Shown here: positions 63,459 through 64,000 of the stretch, in pieces
Position numbering within the stretch: position 1 is the first letter of the stretch
Layout: every line of letters begins with the position of its first letter
Source: Octopus sinensis
Lineage: Eukaryota
NCBI RefSeq assembly: GCF_006345805.1
Contig: NC_043006.1
Location: 16,182,001 to 16,246,000, forward strand
DNA length: 64,000 nucleotides
Direction of reading: 5' to 3'
The notes under the pieces: model-generated
Told to the model about the DNA's origin: nothing
What the model saw: only the letters and a program-made list of their open reading frames with translations
Databases searched by the model: none
Made by a program: the position numbers and the translations under genes

Positions 63459-63623
63459 TATATAAATTTATATAAAATTATATAGATAAGCATAAGAACG
63501 TTATTTAAATACTGATCTTATCAGGTGGCCAGCATGAGAATAAAAACCTTCAAAGGTAATAATTACTATTAAAATTATAATTTAGGGTACCTAAGAGATA
63601 CTACCACGCTGGAAATAGCAGCC
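63459..63623 (-). repeat. Second copy of the 61790 terminal repeat, without the SINE B insertion
   Basis: Colinear with 61790-61907 plus 62159-62208. Confidence 0.9.
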
Positions 63624-63640
63624 ATGGCTTGTGCATATCA

Positions 63641-63790
63641 TGGGCTTGTGCATATCTTGATGATTTACTAATCACCGGGCGTTCCGATGATGAACATCAT
63701 ACATTATCTCTCATGCTCGATCGTCTTTATAAAAGCGGATTAAAACTGAAGAAAAATGTGAGTTTTTTGTGATTCTGCTTGTTATCTTGA
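63641..63790 (+). mobile_element. Ty3/Gypsy reverse transcriptase fragment
   Basis: ACAYLDDLLITGRSDDEH..MLDRLYKSGLKLK, then (frameshift) KCEF...YL. Confidence 0.85.
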
Positions 63791-64000
63791 TTACCGACTT
63801 AATAAAGATGGTTTGCAAATTAGAAGTGATAATGTGCAGCCAATAGTGAGTGAAGCTCATTTGTAGAAACGTTATCACATTATCGTCGTCTTTTTACCAA
63901 ATATTTCAACAGTGCAGACACACTTATATTCCTTATTGCATAAAGGTTCCCTTTGGGGTGGAATGTTGAACATCAGAAAGCGTTTGCTACAGCTAAGAAG

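Overview
AT-rich, repeat-saturated animal genomic DNA, most likely intronic or intergenic octopus/coleoid cephalopod sequence (inferred from SINE types and microsatellite load, not from a search). I can support no intact host gene: almost all listed ORFs are microsatellite or SINE read-throughs. Contents: three abundant tRNA-derived SINE families plus rarer relatives; decayed non-LTR elements (CR1/Jockey-group, RTE, R4/Dong-like); a Neptune-type Penelope-like element (PLE) with a GIY-YIG ORF between 221-bp inverted repeats; mariner, Chapaev3-like, Helitron and Gypsy remnants; and a Merlin-like MITE that carries (TTAGGG)n. The most interesting signals are (1) several minimal hammerhead ribozymes in PLE-type termini lodged in (TA)n tracts, including a family with a U3-A8 core in place of C3-G8, (2) the telomere-repeat MITE, (3) two SINE-LINE shared 3' tails visible within the window, and (4) an RTE 3' end with three C2H2 zinc fingers inside (TATG)n. 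Everything was read by eye and coordinates of decayed elements are approximate.
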